Source: Octopus vulgaris
Lineage: Eukaryota
Direction: 5' to 3'
Length of the DNA stretch: 64,000 nt
Assembly: GCA_951406725.2 (NCBI GenBank)
Contig: OX597815.1
Coordinates: 79,856,001 to 79,920,000 of the forward strand
Positions 1-13,635 of the stretch are shown one piece after another. Both the position numbers and the translations under genes were made by a program. Numbering within the stretch: the first letter of the stretch is position 1; each line of letters opens with the position of its first letter. The notes under the pieces were generated by a model. It did no database searches. It had not been told where the DNA came from and was given only the letters and a program-made list of their open reading frames with translations.

Positions 1-409
<409 letters not shown>

Positions 410-916
410 AGGACTTATGTAGGTAGAATTTTCCTACACCTACATAAACATTTCCCCCATACCTATAGTTATAAGAAAATTTTCAATAGACGCCTCTTGA
501 AAATTTTCTTACAGCTGCGGTTCTATTATGAAAGAGATAATTTTTACGAAATGTTCACTCCAGGAAATGCAGGAATCGTTTGTCCTGTAAAATAAAGGAA
601 CCGGCATATATAACTATATTGGACTGTTCAAAAGAGATTTTTTAATCTTACAGTATATATGCTAAACTATAATGGAAGGAGTTGTGGTTCTTCCTATTAT
701 TATCAGGTGGTCTAAATTTCTAAAGGCAGTTTTGGCAATTTATATTTAGTTTGTCACTGGTTATTCACTTTGTATTTATGCAGCGACAAAGTTTCCGATT
801 CCAACAAAATGTGCCTTAAAAATCATTATTTTTATTAAGCCTACGAAATGGTAGGTACTGAAAATTCCACCCTAAATACTTAACACTACTTTTTAGTCAT
901 CCTTATACTTTTTTTG

Positions 917-1165
917 TGGAGGCACGAGGCTTGGTTGTTAGGGTATAAGCATCATGATCGTAAGATTGTGGTTTCGATTCCTGGACCGGGCGACGCGATG
1001 TGCAAAACACTTCATTTCACATTGCTACGTCCCCTCAGCTGGCAAAAATGAGTAACGTTGCGATAGACCGGCGTCCTATCCAGCTGGGGAACACATACGC
1101 CATGGAAACCGGGAAACCGGGCTCATGAGCCTGGCTAGGCTTTAAAAAAAAGCGCATTTATTTAT
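917..1165 (+). mobile_element. tRNA-derived SINE, family C
   Basis: tRNA-like head (GGCTTGGTTGTTAGGG...GGTTTCGATTCC), core AAAACACTTCATTTCAC, (ATTT)n tail; similar to minus-strand copies at 10850-11090, 52745-52928 and 54759-55100. Confidence 0.75.
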
Positions 1166-1412
1166 TTTTTAAAAATATTTAATATTTTTTCTTAGTTCAT
1201 ATTCTGCGGTTACAAATATTTTAGGCATAATTTTTATTTGAATAGCTTTAGGCGGTGTATCCAGGATTTGCATGCATCAAGGACAAAGTGACTTTTGGTG
1301 CCCTCACCTCTGAAATATGACCTTTGTGACTCATTATTCAATGACAATAATATAAAGACTTTACTGCATTACACAATCCTAAAATGATGTCACTATATAA
1401 CAACACGTAATA

Positions 1413-1626
1413 TCGGTTTCACATTTTGGCACAAGCCCGGCAATTTCGAGGAAGGGGTAAGTCGATTACATCAGCCCCAGTGATCAACTGGCACTTATTT
1501 TATCGACCCCGAAAGGACGAAAAGCAAAGTCGACCTTGGTGGAATTTGAACTCAGAACGTAAAGATGGACGAAATGCCGCTAAGCATTGTGTCCGGCGTG
1601 CTAACGAACCAACCGGCTCGCCGCCT
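1413..1626 (-). mobile_element. SINE, family B (Deu/Nin-like core)
   Basis: Reverse complement of the recurrent GGCGGCGAGCTGGCAGAA...GAGTTCAAATTCC...GTCGACTTTGCCTTTCATCCTTTCGGGGTCGATAAA...GTACCAG consensus seen many times in the window. Confidence 0.85.
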
Positions 1627-4065
1627 CATAACAACACATCGCAACTGTAACTAAGGAAGCAGAAACTACTAAATGTACTTATAGCCATTTTCATATTTAT
1701 GTAATCCACTAGTCTTCAAAGTCACCTAGCTAAAGTAATCTAGTAGGCATGCAAAATAAATACTTTGTATTTAGCTAGTTTCGAAACTCAAGTTTTAAAT
1801 GAGAAGCCAATCACTTTTGGTGTACGTGGATTATGAAATAGATTGATAAAATGTTACTTATGTTTTCAAGTAACAGTTTCTTTTAGCTCACAAAACTTAA
1901 CAAATACTTATCTACATCTTGTATTGATAATATTCAAGTGCTTGTGATTACACTTTATATGAACTTTTCGTGCTTTTTCAACTACAAATATATACATCAA
2001 TTAATCTAATAAAACTTCATGACTTAAGTATGATTTTTTTTTCAATACTTAGTATTGCCAAGTGACTTAAGTCGTTATTGAGTGATTTATATCCTCAAGT
2101 ATATAAGAATTAATTTCAAGATGCCAAAGTCCTTTCCTCAATCAAATGGCAACAAAGAATGCATTCAACAAAATCAGCAACACTTTGAAAAGAAAAAGAA
2201 AAGAAAAAGAGAAAATATACCGCTTAAACTCGAGAAAGCATCTTCAAATATGAAATTATAAATGTTAGCAAATTAGTCGCAACAATTGGTTTAAAAATCG
2301 GTTTTTTACTTAACATGATGCAATCTTTAATTTCTCTGCACAATTTTGTTCTATCATTACTACCTTAATAACCATTTACTAATTCAAAAGATTTTAACAT
2401 TTTTTCTTCCAGTTTCCAGTCTTCGAGAGCTCTCAAAACAATACTTAGTGCATCGAGTAGATATCTTTATTGTGAATCTAAATCCCATGAGCAAGAAAAA
2501 TGTTTAGGTTATTTCTGTAACCAGGAAGTAAATAACATCCTTACTGATGCCACAAATTCCCTGATCAGTAGTCAAAGTAGCGTCAAATATACATTGCAAT
2601 GGGCAATCACCATGTTTCACATTGATTCTTACTTACATTTTGACATGACTTTCCTTCGTATTTAGGCACGACATTACAAATGCTTTTATGTAATTCTGTG
2701 AATTTCTCTTTCAAAGTTTCAAACTCAACGAATACTTCTCTGCAATTAACTAAAGATATTTCTGCACTTGGTAGAGGATAAAAGTTTTCTCCAAAAATAA
2801 AAAAAAAATTACAAGAACAATTGTAAACATGAGCTAAGAAATATTATGAACATAGTATTATGTTTTAGTTGTGTGATTATCCTCACTTGATTTTCTAAGA
2901 GTACTTGTAATTTCTCCAGTTTTAACAACGAATCGGTTGTGTATCGCACCACCACCACCACCACCACCACCACCACCACAAATATAACGATCAGTGTTTC
3001 CACTGTGGCTGTTGACAGCATCACCTCCAGCAGAAATAACAGTGTCGGCGAGGCGGCTGTTGAAGCAAGATCTACAACCGATTGGTTTGCAAAGGAGATA
3101 ACTAGGAGCAGAAAGGGAATTCGTAAAATTGGGGGTAGAAAAATCTGTTGGGCGTGATCATAACTGACGAATTATACGATAACGTGGAGATGCATCGGCG
3201 TTAAAGGCCAGCGCATCGGAAATCATTGAAATATCACTAGGTAGAGAAGTGATTCAAACATGCATTGAAGCAAAACACATGACATTTGAGGAAGGCGTTA
3301 TGAGACGGTAGACGATAGCTTCGTTTCTTAGAGGGCGAGAAAGAGAGAGAGAGACAGGAGAGAGGGAGAGAGAGAGGGTGGGGGAGAGAGTGAGATTGAG
3401 AGTGAGTTTGAGAGAGTGAGAGTGGGGGATAGAGAACAGTTTCATTGACGCAATCAAAAGTGAAGAATTCATATTCATCCCGTCGCATATGATACACCAA
3501 GTGGTATAGCGGAGCTTGATGGATGTGATGCAAAACAATCATCTGATAGTTGGTGTTAATGTATCTGAGTGAGCAGCTAAGGCATGATCAAGCAGCACCC
3601 AACCATTTGTGGCTGCGAAAAATAAGTCTTAACAGATACATATGTGATGATACAATAGAGCGAAAAACAGAAGCCATAGTTATAGTAACAACAAACATCA
3701 TAAGAAGTACACCAACATGAGCAGTAACAACATTAGAATGAATAACGACAACGAATGCCGAATCGACCGGTGGGTAAAATATGTTACAGTTGTATAAGCA
3801 TTTGTTGCTTTGCAATCACCTGAAGAAGAAGGTAACATAGAGATTGGCAAGTTAGATGTAGTCTTTGAAATGCAGAAAGAAGAAAAACAACAGCGGAAGC
3901 GAGGTAGAACGTTAAAACTTATAGCATATGCATAGTAGAGTTCAAGATCAGTTTCTGCCCAGCGACTTTACTCTACATCCTTTAGCTCTGTTACTATGGC
4001 AACAGTCCTGATATTTATTGATCAGATCTCGTGTGTGTGCATATATGAGTGTATATGTATATATA

Positions 4066-6352
4066 TTAAAAGTAATTAGGTACTCAGAAATCTGGATGGT
4101 TTTATATTTACAGATTTTTATTAATATATCACATGTTTTTATGAATCATATTGTAGCGCTTGCATCCACTCTAGTGGATTCGTCAGATTAAATTTTTTCA
4201 GGATTTTTGTCTCTTTTTATAGTATAATTGAGTGTGTAAGGGTGGAGAGAGATATAGGATAGTAAAAGTGTGTGTGTGTGAGAGAGAGAGATAGATAGAG
4301 AGAGAGAGAGAGTGTGTGTGTGTGTGTGCCTTTGTATCTGAAAGAAGTGTCAATGGAAAAGAAAAGAAAAAAAATGGAACATTAGTCCTTTACAGACAAG
4401 GAGAAATACTATTTATACAACTCAAGAACCAAAGAAAGCAACTTTTATGGATTACCTAAAGTTCATAAAAGCTATGAAATACAGATAGCCATAAAGGAAC
4501 AGAGGAACCATTATATAAGAATACAAAGGCCTGCAGACCTCACAATGAGACCAATAGTGGCAGGGCCCCGGGCGCCAACACAACAACTAAGTCACTTCAT
4601 AGATGTACTCCTCAAACCTTTATGCCCACTGATACCAAGCTACGTAAGGGATGACATTGACTTCCTCACACACATTCCAAATACGGTTCCGGAAAACACC
4701 ACACATGCAAGCTTCGATGTCACAAACTTATACACGAACATGCCACACACTCTGGGTCTGGAAGCGATAAAACAATGGGTAGAAAATACAAGGAACTCAT
4801 AGGTAAACGTTTCAAAACAGACTTTATCACCAAAGCCACCCAATTAATACTTGAAGAAAACATTCTCATTTAACAACAAGACATACCGACAGTTAAAGGG
4901 CACGGCTATGGGTACGAAATTCGCACATTCATATGCCAACCTGGTGATGGGTTTCTTTGAGAACAAACTATACGAGGAAATAGGTAAAGTCTTCGAACAC
5001 GACTTCAGAGAAGACATCAAGAAAATGTGGAAACGCTACCTCGATGACTATTTCATCTTTTGAAACAGATCAGAAGAAGATCTACGAACATTCCACAATA
5101 TCCTCAACACACTGCATCCATCAATCAACTTCCCGATAGATACCAGCCACAACGAACTTCCTTTCCTAGACATCAACATCAAGATGCACACCTCCATTGT
5201 CACAACAGACATCTACTACAAAAAACCGACACACACCAATATCTAAATTTCTACTCCTGCCACCCATCCTACATAAAAAGAAACATTCCATATAATATGG
5301 CAAGACGCATATGCAGCATAATAACCGATCACAAACACGCCAAATAAGACTAAATGAACTTAAAAACTTCCTACTAGAACAAAAACCCACTCAAATTAAT
5401 AAAAAACAGAATCTCAAAAGCAATGAAACTAGACATCACACAACTCAGAACTCCAAAAACGAAAAACAAAGAAAGCATCATCCCTTTCATAAACACACAC
5501 AACCCTGGAGTTACCAACATGTTTCAAATCATACATTCAAACTTACCAATAGTCCTACAAAGCTCCAAAATGGGAAACATATTAAACAAATATTGCATAA
5601 AAAATAGAAAACGCCAAGACAAAAACCTGAAGAATCAACTAACAAGAGCGAAATTCTCATCAGAGACTAAATCCGAATTCTTTGTAAAAGAGTGCGGAGA
5701 TGGTAGATGTGGAATCTGCAGTAACCCCATCTACAAATATGTAGCGGGAAACAAACAAATAACATTTAAGAGTGGTCACACTTTCAAAGTAAATGCAGAC
5801 ATGAATTCCAAGACGCAGAACGTAATATACTGCATAACCTGCCCCACATGCAAGAAGAATTATATAGGTGAAACTGGAAATTATTTATGCCAGCGAGCCA
5901 GAATTCACGGACAACATGTCCGACAGGAGGAACTGCGAAAGATTCCACTGAGTAATCACTTAGATACATGTGGAGAAGGAAAATTTAAGTTCTTTCCCTT
6001 CTATAAATGCCCAAGGAATAACACCGTCTTCAGGAAAAATATGGAAAAATACTTCATAACAAAGTTATCCCCCAAACTGAATGGCTGAAAATATTTCTGT
6101 AATGATTTGTACTGGATGAAGGACCAACTTTGTAAAATAAGTTGTATTAAAAACACACACACACATACACACACACATGCACACACACACACACACGCAC
6201 ACACACACACACTCTCTCTCTCCCCATTCCTCACCCACTTTTACTATCCTATATCTCTCTCCACCCCTACACACTCAATAATACTATAATAAGAGACAAA
6301 AATCCTGAAAAATTTCAATCTGACGAATCCACTTGAGTGGATGCAAGCGCTA
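4066..6352 (+). mobile_element. Penelope-like retroelement (Neptune-like), 5'-truncated, with inverted pseudo-LTR
   Basis: Broken RT+GIY-YIG ORF (4385-6088). The 3' non-coding segment ~6235-6352 recurs as its reverse complement at ~4154-4270, the inverted pLTR layout typical of PLEs. Confidence 0.9.
4385..6088 (+). pseudogene. PLE reverse transcriptase + GIY-YIG endonuclease, frameshifted
   Basis: Motifs FYGLPKVHK, RPIVAG, SFDVTNLYTNMP, YRQLKGTAMGT, KRYLDDYF, KTDTHQYLNFYSCHP; Cys linker CGDGRCGIC; NVIYCITCPTCKKNYIGETG...R...H; C-terminal E.YFITKLSPKLN. Several stops and frameshifts. Confidence 0.93.
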
Positions 6353-6356
6353 ATGT
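6314..6356 (+). ncRNA. Hammerhead-like motif in the PLE pLTR (variant core GCAA); second copy on minus strand at 4151-4189
   Basis: CTGACGA-ATCCAC(ttga)GTGGAT-GCAA-GCGC-TA. Stem II has 6 bp and stem III is palindromic, but GAAA is replaced by GCAA and stem I pairs poorly. Confidence 0.4.
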
Positions 6357-6523
6357 ATTTATAATAGTACAAAAATACAATTATATTTAAAGGCATAGAA
6401 GAGACTATGCCTATGCTGAAAATAGACGCCAAATCATCAAACCACTTAAAAATTATCACTTTTATATTATACAACGTGTTGAAATCGAGGGATTAGGCTC
6501 GCAGAAATTCATAAATTAGTTAG

Positions 6524-6576
6524 CCTTGGATTGATCAATTTCGGGATTAGTCCAAAAACTTTTCTTCATCAGCAGG
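6524..6576 (-). ncRNA. Type I hammerhead ribozyme candidate (canonical core)
   Basis: Minus strand: CCTG-CTGATGA-AG-AAAAGTTTTT-GGA(ctaa)TCC-C-GAAA-TTGATCAA-TC-CAAGG. Palindromic stem III ATTGATCAAT, AUC cleavage triplet, short bulged stem I. Confidence 0.65.
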
Positions 6577-6766
6577 ACAGACGTAGGGAAATAAATGAGA
6601 TATTTATACATGCCCACAGGAAAGCAAACGCAAAGGCTACGGTTGCATACAAATGCCACAAATACATCTACCACGAATTTCGTAGTCTACCTCATCACGT
6701 GTATATATGGCCAGAGTAGTACAGAAGTGACTAGACTGTACTGAAGTGAATGGAATTCTTTCAATG

Positions 6767-6816
<50 letters not shown>

Positions 6817-7082
6817 ATAATTATTAGTATTATAATTATTAATAGTAGGGAATATAAGATTCTAAGGCAATAGGAAAAAACAAACTCAATTTAGTATATA
6901 TATATATATACACGTATGTATATTTAGGATTTTATGTTTGTATAAATGTATAGTAAAACGCCTTTGCTCCTTGTTTTTAATATAACTTGTTTGTCTGTCT
7001 CCCCATGGTTTTGTAACTCTCTATGTATGAATGCGCCCTAGTGACAGATAAAGAAAGATATAGAAGGAATTATTAGCTTTAT

Positions 7083-7159
<77 letters not shown>

Positions 7160-7834
7160 ATAATAATAATTTACTATGCTGCTACTATTTAGCACCAAGT
7201 GTCAGAGATGTCGATCTATGTTAAGGGCAAACTAACTGTGGTCATTTCTCTTGAGATTTGTCATAAAGTATAATATCTTATTTAACTACAACAAACATAT
7301 TTACCGCTACCAATACGCAAACAACATTCTCATCATCATCATCATCATCGTCGTCGTCATCGTCATCGTCAGCAAATAAGAAATCTTGGTCTTATTTCTT
7401 TAAATTTAATATATCAAATATATTTTAAATATTTTTTCTACCATATAGAATCTGAAAAACAAAATAAAAAACAAAACAAAAACAAAAGAAAAAGAAAAAG
7501 AGAAAAGCAGCACCGAAATTCGTAAAAGAAGGATAAAGAACAGCAACAAATAGAGTTGAAATATCAACAACAGAGCAGGGTCATCATCATCCTCATCATC
7601 GCCTCATCATCGCCACCACCATCTCAGCATCACCTTCGTAATCATCCAACATTGTGATTAATAAGTATATTTCAGAATTTAAAAAATCGCTATGAAAATA
7701 AAGCTGAAATGTTATGCAGGTGTTATAAGTTTAAAGGAAATCAGCGTAGCTTATAGTGGTTGTGGTGATGATGATGATGACGACAACGACGCTGACAATA
7801 ACGATGATGATTATGATGATGATAATTCTTCTTT

Positions 7835-7902
<68 letters not shown>

Positions 7903-7976
7903 ATATCATGATCATGTTGATGGAAACAACAACAAAGAACAATAAAACGTAACGTCTCTTGGAGAATACTAAAAAC

Positions 7977-8355
7977 AGAACAAGTCACACGTACACGCAG
8001 TATAAGCGCTTATCTACAAACACATACATAGAAAGAGGGACGAACGAATAGAGAAATACAGAAACCCAGACATACGTGAACTTTCACACATAAGCACATA
8101 TTGTCACGGAGGCACATATTGACACAGAGACACATAAACACGCACTTACAGTTGTACACACAAAGATGCAGAAAGAACAAGTCACACGTACATGCAGCAT
8201 AAGCGCTTATCTACAAACAAACACATACATAGAAAGACAGACATACAAATAAAGAGATACAGAAACTTAGACATACGTGCACAGTCACACATAAGCACAT
8301 ATTGACAAAGAGGCACATAAACGTGCACTACAGTTGCACTCACACAGACGTAGAA
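7977..8355. repeat. Diverged ~197-bp tandem duplication
   Basis: AGAACAAGTCACACGTACA...TAAGCGCTTATCTACAAACA starts at both 7977 and 8174. Confidence 0.85.
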
Positions 8356-9103
8356 CATAGAGAGACATATAGTCATGCACTAGCATAAGTGCACATAGAG
8401 AGAGACGTGCATAGAGCTCCATATACACATGTATTAACACACCTGTGCTCATATAGACACAGAGACACAGATACACATGCGGTCTCATACATGCGCACAG
8501 ACACTGACATACAGACTAATAAGCATGCAGTCTTACCCGCGTGCACTTACACAGGAACAGAGACACACGCGCATGCACTTCTACTCATATATTGCATACT
8601 GACACGGACGCAGAGGCAATATATACATATTCATTCTCAGTCGTGCACGCATACAAATGTAGACACAAAAGGTACATACACAAATGCTCTCTTGTCTATG
8701 CACACACGCGCGCGCACACGCACCCAAATACACACACACACACAGAGTACTCTCAAACGTACTCCAACATACATAAAAATAAATGAAGCAAAAAAAAACC
8801 CCGTACTAATAGGTATTGTGAACATTTTTTTTTTCACATCTTTAAAGATGAGTTTGATTTCGAAATGAAAAACATGCAACATATTAAATAACGTTGGTAG
8901 TGATGATAGCGACAACGACGACAACGACGACAATTATGAAAATGATGTAAACGTTGAGGATGATGGTGTCAACGACGACAATGAAGATGACGACGATTAG
9001 AATGACGGGAAGGTTGATGACGATAAGGATGGTGGTAGAAAGTGTGATGATGTTGTTGCAAACTACTGAGGGAAACTGCAGCATCATTATACTAACTCTT
9101 ATG

Positions 9104-9274
<171 letters not shown>

Positions 9275-9631
9275 ATGATAATAATAACGATGATGATGAT
9301 CATAATAATAACTTTTTTTTTCCCGACAAATGCTTAGTTCTAGATCAAAGTAAAACTGAAACTCTGTTAAAAATTCAAAGTTGTTTATTTACAGTCAGGA
9401 ATTTATAATAATCGCCACTTTTAACTTTGCTTCTCTGCTGGAAGGATTCTTTCGTTTTATTTCATTTATATCATTTTGATTCTTTAAGGAAACCAATTAT
9501 AATATTACAAAATTTACAACAACACAATCAATTGATAGTTTATGAACGAGTGTTTCTTGTGTTGTCTGACATTTTTATTTGGTAGTAGAAGCAGTGTTTA
9601 TAGTCATTCAAGTCTTATGCAAATAAATAAA

Positions 9632-9668
<37 letters not shown>

Positions 9669-9868
9669 AGTCTATAAGGTTGAATTTGGGTTCCGCTGAG
9701 TGCTATAGAACTGCAGATGCTGAAATTGAACCGACGAGACGAGGAATTTAAGAAACTAAATCTGTTGTATGGCAGTTAGTTTTACAGTACTCCACCGTGT
9801 TTTTAAATGTATTTCAAAGAAAGAAATCTTATATATTTTCTTTTTCTTTTTATTATTAAACTTCATCA

Positions 9869-11190
9869 AAGCGACGAGCTGGCAGAAACGTTAGCACCCC
9901 GGGCGAAATGCGTAGGCGTATTTCGTCTGCCGTTACGTTCTGAGTTCAAATTCCTCCGAGGTCGATTTTGCCTTTCATCCTTTCAGGGTCGATTAAATAA
10001 GTACCAGTTACGCACTGGGGTCGATATAATCGACTTAATCCGTTTGTCCCTTGTGGGTAGTAAAGAAATAGAAATAGGTATCTCGCCTGTCGCTACGTTC
10101 TGGGTTCAAATTCCACCGAGGTCGACTTTGCCTTCCATCCTTTCAGGGTCGATAAATTAAGTTCCAGTTGTGTACTGAGGGTCAATATAATCGACTGGCT
10201 CCCTCCCTCCAAATTTCAGGCCTTGTGCCTATTACAGAAAGGATTTTTAAACTTCATCAAGTCAGCGAACTGACAGAATCTTTAGCACGTCGGGCTAGAG
10301 GTATGCTTAGAGGTATTTCGTCCATGAGTTGAAATGCCGCCCGGATCGACTTTGCCTTTCATCCATTTCAGGGTCGATAAAATAAGTACAAGTTGAGCAC
10401 TAGGGTCGATGTAATCGACTAACTCTCTCCCCGAAGTTGTTGGCTTTGTACCAAAATTTGAAACCAATATCAAACTTCATCACAGTGGTTGGTTGGCAAA
10501 ACGTTAGAGGGTGGGAAAAAATACATGGTGGAATTTTCTCAATCCTTTTACACTCTTTATGCGCTAATTCAAACCTCGCTGAGGTTAACTGATTTTCATA
10601 CCCCCTAAGATCGATAAAATAAAGTACCAGTCGAGCACTGGGATAGTTGGCATTGACTAACCGCTCTCTTTAAAATTGTTGGTCTTATGTCTAAATTAGA
10701 ACAGTTACTAAAGGCAGCGATCGGCCTTTGCAGTATTTCTTCTGGGGTTTTATGTTCCAAGTTCAACTTTCGCGGAGTTCAACTTTGTCATTCATCCTTC
10801 CAGGATGGATAAAATAAAGTATCACTCAAGTACTAGTAAATTAACGTTACCTTCTCGAGTTATACCGATTCACAAGGGCCGGTTTCTCGCTTTCCATGGC
10901 GTATAAATCCTCACCTGGACGGGACACTGGTGTGTCGCAGGATTATTTATTTTTTGCTGGCTGAATGGAGTGAAGCAACGTGAAATGAAGTGGTTTGTTC
11001 AAGAACACAATGTGTCGCCCTGTCCAGAAATCGAAACCATAAACTTACGATCATGAGTCCAACACCCTAATCACAAAGCCACGCGTCTCTACTATCAGTC
11101 AAGATGGAATAGAATACGCCTCCCCTCAATTTCAGTGCCTAAATTAGAAAACATCATCACGGTGTTGGACTGGCAGAATCGTTAGAATGT
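9869..11190 (+). mobile_element. Tandem stack of family B SINEs with a nested family C SINE (10850-11090, minus)
   Basis: Heads at ~9869, ~10261, ~10485, ~10712 and ~11161; most are preceded by AAACTTCATCA-like sequence. Confidence 0.8.
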
Positions 11191-11749
11191 GAGACAAAAT
11201 ATCTGTGTATATGTACAGAGAGGGGCGGAGAGAGGGAGAGAGAGAGAAAGAGAGGGAGAGAGAGAGAGAAAGAGAGAGAGAGAGCTTACGGGAAAATATC
11301 TATGTATATGTAGAGAGAGGGGCAGAGAGAGAGAGAGAGGGAAAGAGAGAGAGAGAGGAAGAGAGAGAGAGAGAGAGAGCTTACTACTAGAAAATATCTG
11401 TCCTCTTATTTAACTCTTCAACCCTACCAACACACATGCTCTACTCTCAATACAACTATACACGACCAATACGTAACCTCTATATAGTCACTCGACATGC
11501 TATATCTCCTTCAAAAATCATAACCTAATTCTCCTTCAAAATCTCCTTCAAAAATCAGCAGTTAAATCTCCTTCAAAAATTAGCAGCTACATCTTCAAAA
11601 ATCATATCCTAACATATTAAAAAAGTCTGGAGTAGAAACAATATCTGAGTAATGGTGGAAAGGTCATGGTTGGAGCTGTTTTATCTTAGATCTACTTGAT
11701 GAAATCTAACCAGGAGATGAGAGTTAAACCAAGAACAGTAGTCTTTACT

Positions 11750-11905
11750 CCTATAGGCGCAAGGTGTGAACTTTCTTTTCGTTGGGTGGAGTAGTCAATT
11801 TTATCGTCCCACATTGCTCAACTCTTACTTATTTTATCGGGTTCGGAAAGTTTGAAAGTCAAAATCGACCTCGACGGAATTTGGACTCAGAACATAAAGC
11901 CAAAT
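11750..11905 (-). mobile_element. Degenerate family B SINE
   Basis: TCGACCTCGACGGAATTTGGACTCAGAAC matches the reverse family B consensus. Confidence 0.65.
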
Positions 11906-11929
11906 GAAATAATAATAATAATGATGATG

Positions 11930-12023
<94 letters not shown>

Positions 12024-12037
12024 TAATAACAATAATA

Positions 12038-12107
<70 letters not shown>

Positions 12108-12109
<2 letters not shown>

Positions 12110-12653
12110 GCCCTGATGCAGTACCAGGCAGTGGCTCTCGTGGCTTCTGATTGGAAGTGTTATCATGTACATTGATCTGTCTTGGTATAAAAGATGAGCT
12201 ACAGTAAATAATCTGCTTAATACCACAGATTTGCTTGTCAGTTGTTTGACCTTAACCAGTTGAGCATGTGTCTTAGCGGTTGATGATATGTGCATTTCTG
12301 ATCTCTAGCAGTAGTAGTGGGGGAGCATCATAGCCATGTGTTGAGAGGGATTCTTTGCGGTTTGAATAATTCACCTCTGGAAACATGTGTGGTTCGTTCA
12401 ACATCCTTAAACAGCCCTTATTCAGGGACCTTTTGAGCAGGATGGGTTACTCAACAACAAGAAAATTCTAACTGGGCCCCACCTGCAAGGTCATGCGCTG
12501 TTTATCTTGATATGACATCACCATGTCGCGCACATATGGTTGTGATGCATGTGCCTAGTGTACCCTTATCAGACGAATAGTCATGATGGCTATATTGGGC
12601 TTCGTATATTTTACCCCAGTGTCACTTTGATGTCTTGCACTGTTCTCTGACTC
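12108..12653 (+). mobile_element. ~550-bp (TAA)n-associated non-coding repeat, full-length copy
   Basis: ATGCCCTGATGCAGTACCAGGCAG...GCACTGTTCTCTGACTC, flanked on both sides by (AAT)n; homologues at 13109, 18750, 20388 and 34240. Confidence 0.85.
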
Positions 12654-12666
12654 AATAATAATAATG

Positions 12667-12730
<64 letters not shown>

Positions 12731-12791
12731 TAACAATAACAACAAAAACAACAACAACAACGACAACGACAACGACAAAGATGACGAAGAC

Positions 12792-12823
<32 letters not shown>

Positions 12824-12828
12824 TGACT

Positions 12829-12863
<35 letters not shown>

Positions 12864-12870
12864 AATAATG

Positions 12871-12918
<48 letters not shown>

Positions 12919-12921
12919 CTA

Positions 12922-12973
<52 letters not shown>

Positions 12974-13005
12974 TGATGATGATAATAATAATGATAATGA
13001 TGATT

Positions 13006-13079
<74 letters not shown>

Positions 13080-13107
13080 AATGATGATAATAATGATAAT
13101 AATAATA
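12654..13107. repeat. Compound (AAT)/(ACA)/(ACG)/(ATG) trinucleotide array
   Basis: Direct reading. Confidence 0.95.
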
Positions 13108-13108
13108 C

Positions 13109-13635
13109 ATGCCTCGATGCAGTATCAGGCAGTGGCTCTCATGGCTTCTGGAAGTGGTATCATATACATATTTTGTCTTGGTGTAAAAGGTGGGCAACAG
13201 AAAATATTCAGATATTCTTCTCAGTACCACGGATTTATTAGTCAGTTGTTTGTTCGACCTTAAACCAGTTAAACATGTCCCTCAGTGGCTGACAATATAT
13301 ACATATCTGATCATGAGTAGGAGTTGTGAGAGAGCATCATAGCCAATGTGTTGAGAGTAATTTTGGGAGGGTTTGAATTATTCACCTTTGGAAACATGGG
13401 TGTTTCGTTCATCATCCTTAAGCAAACTTTATTCAGGGACCTTTTCAGCAGGATGGGCTATTCGATCTGAAGAAAATTCTAACTGGTCCTATTTGCAAGG
13501 TAATTTCCTGTTTATCTTGATATGAAATCACTATGTCGCATACAGATGGTTATGATGCATGTGCCTAGTGTACCCTCATCAGACGGTGTAGTCATGATGG
13601 GTATATTGAGCTTTGTATTTGTACCTCAATGTCAC
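13109..13635 (+). mobile_element. ~550-bp (TAA)n-associated repeat, diverged copy
   Basis: Colinear with 12108-12653. Confidence 0.85.

Noticed and set aside
1250-2900. Possible ancient hAT transposon (AGGCGGTGTATCCAGGATTT TIR-like word; minus-strand VSKLAKYK)
   Set aside because: No partner TIR or TSD, and the protein similarity is too weak to call by eye.
9869-10250. tRNA gene suggested by B-box-like GAGTTCAAATTCC
   Set aside because: It is a SINE head; no cloverleaf, and it continues into SINE body.
11500-11605. CRISPR-like repeated CTCCTTCAAAAAT
   Set aside because: Irregular short slippage duplications inside an old repeat; no uniform spacers or cas genes, and the context is eukaryotic.
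12108-12190. HDV-like ribozyme at the 5' end of the 550-bp repeat
   Set aside because: Hairpins are present, but I could not place P1, P1.1 or the catalytic C.
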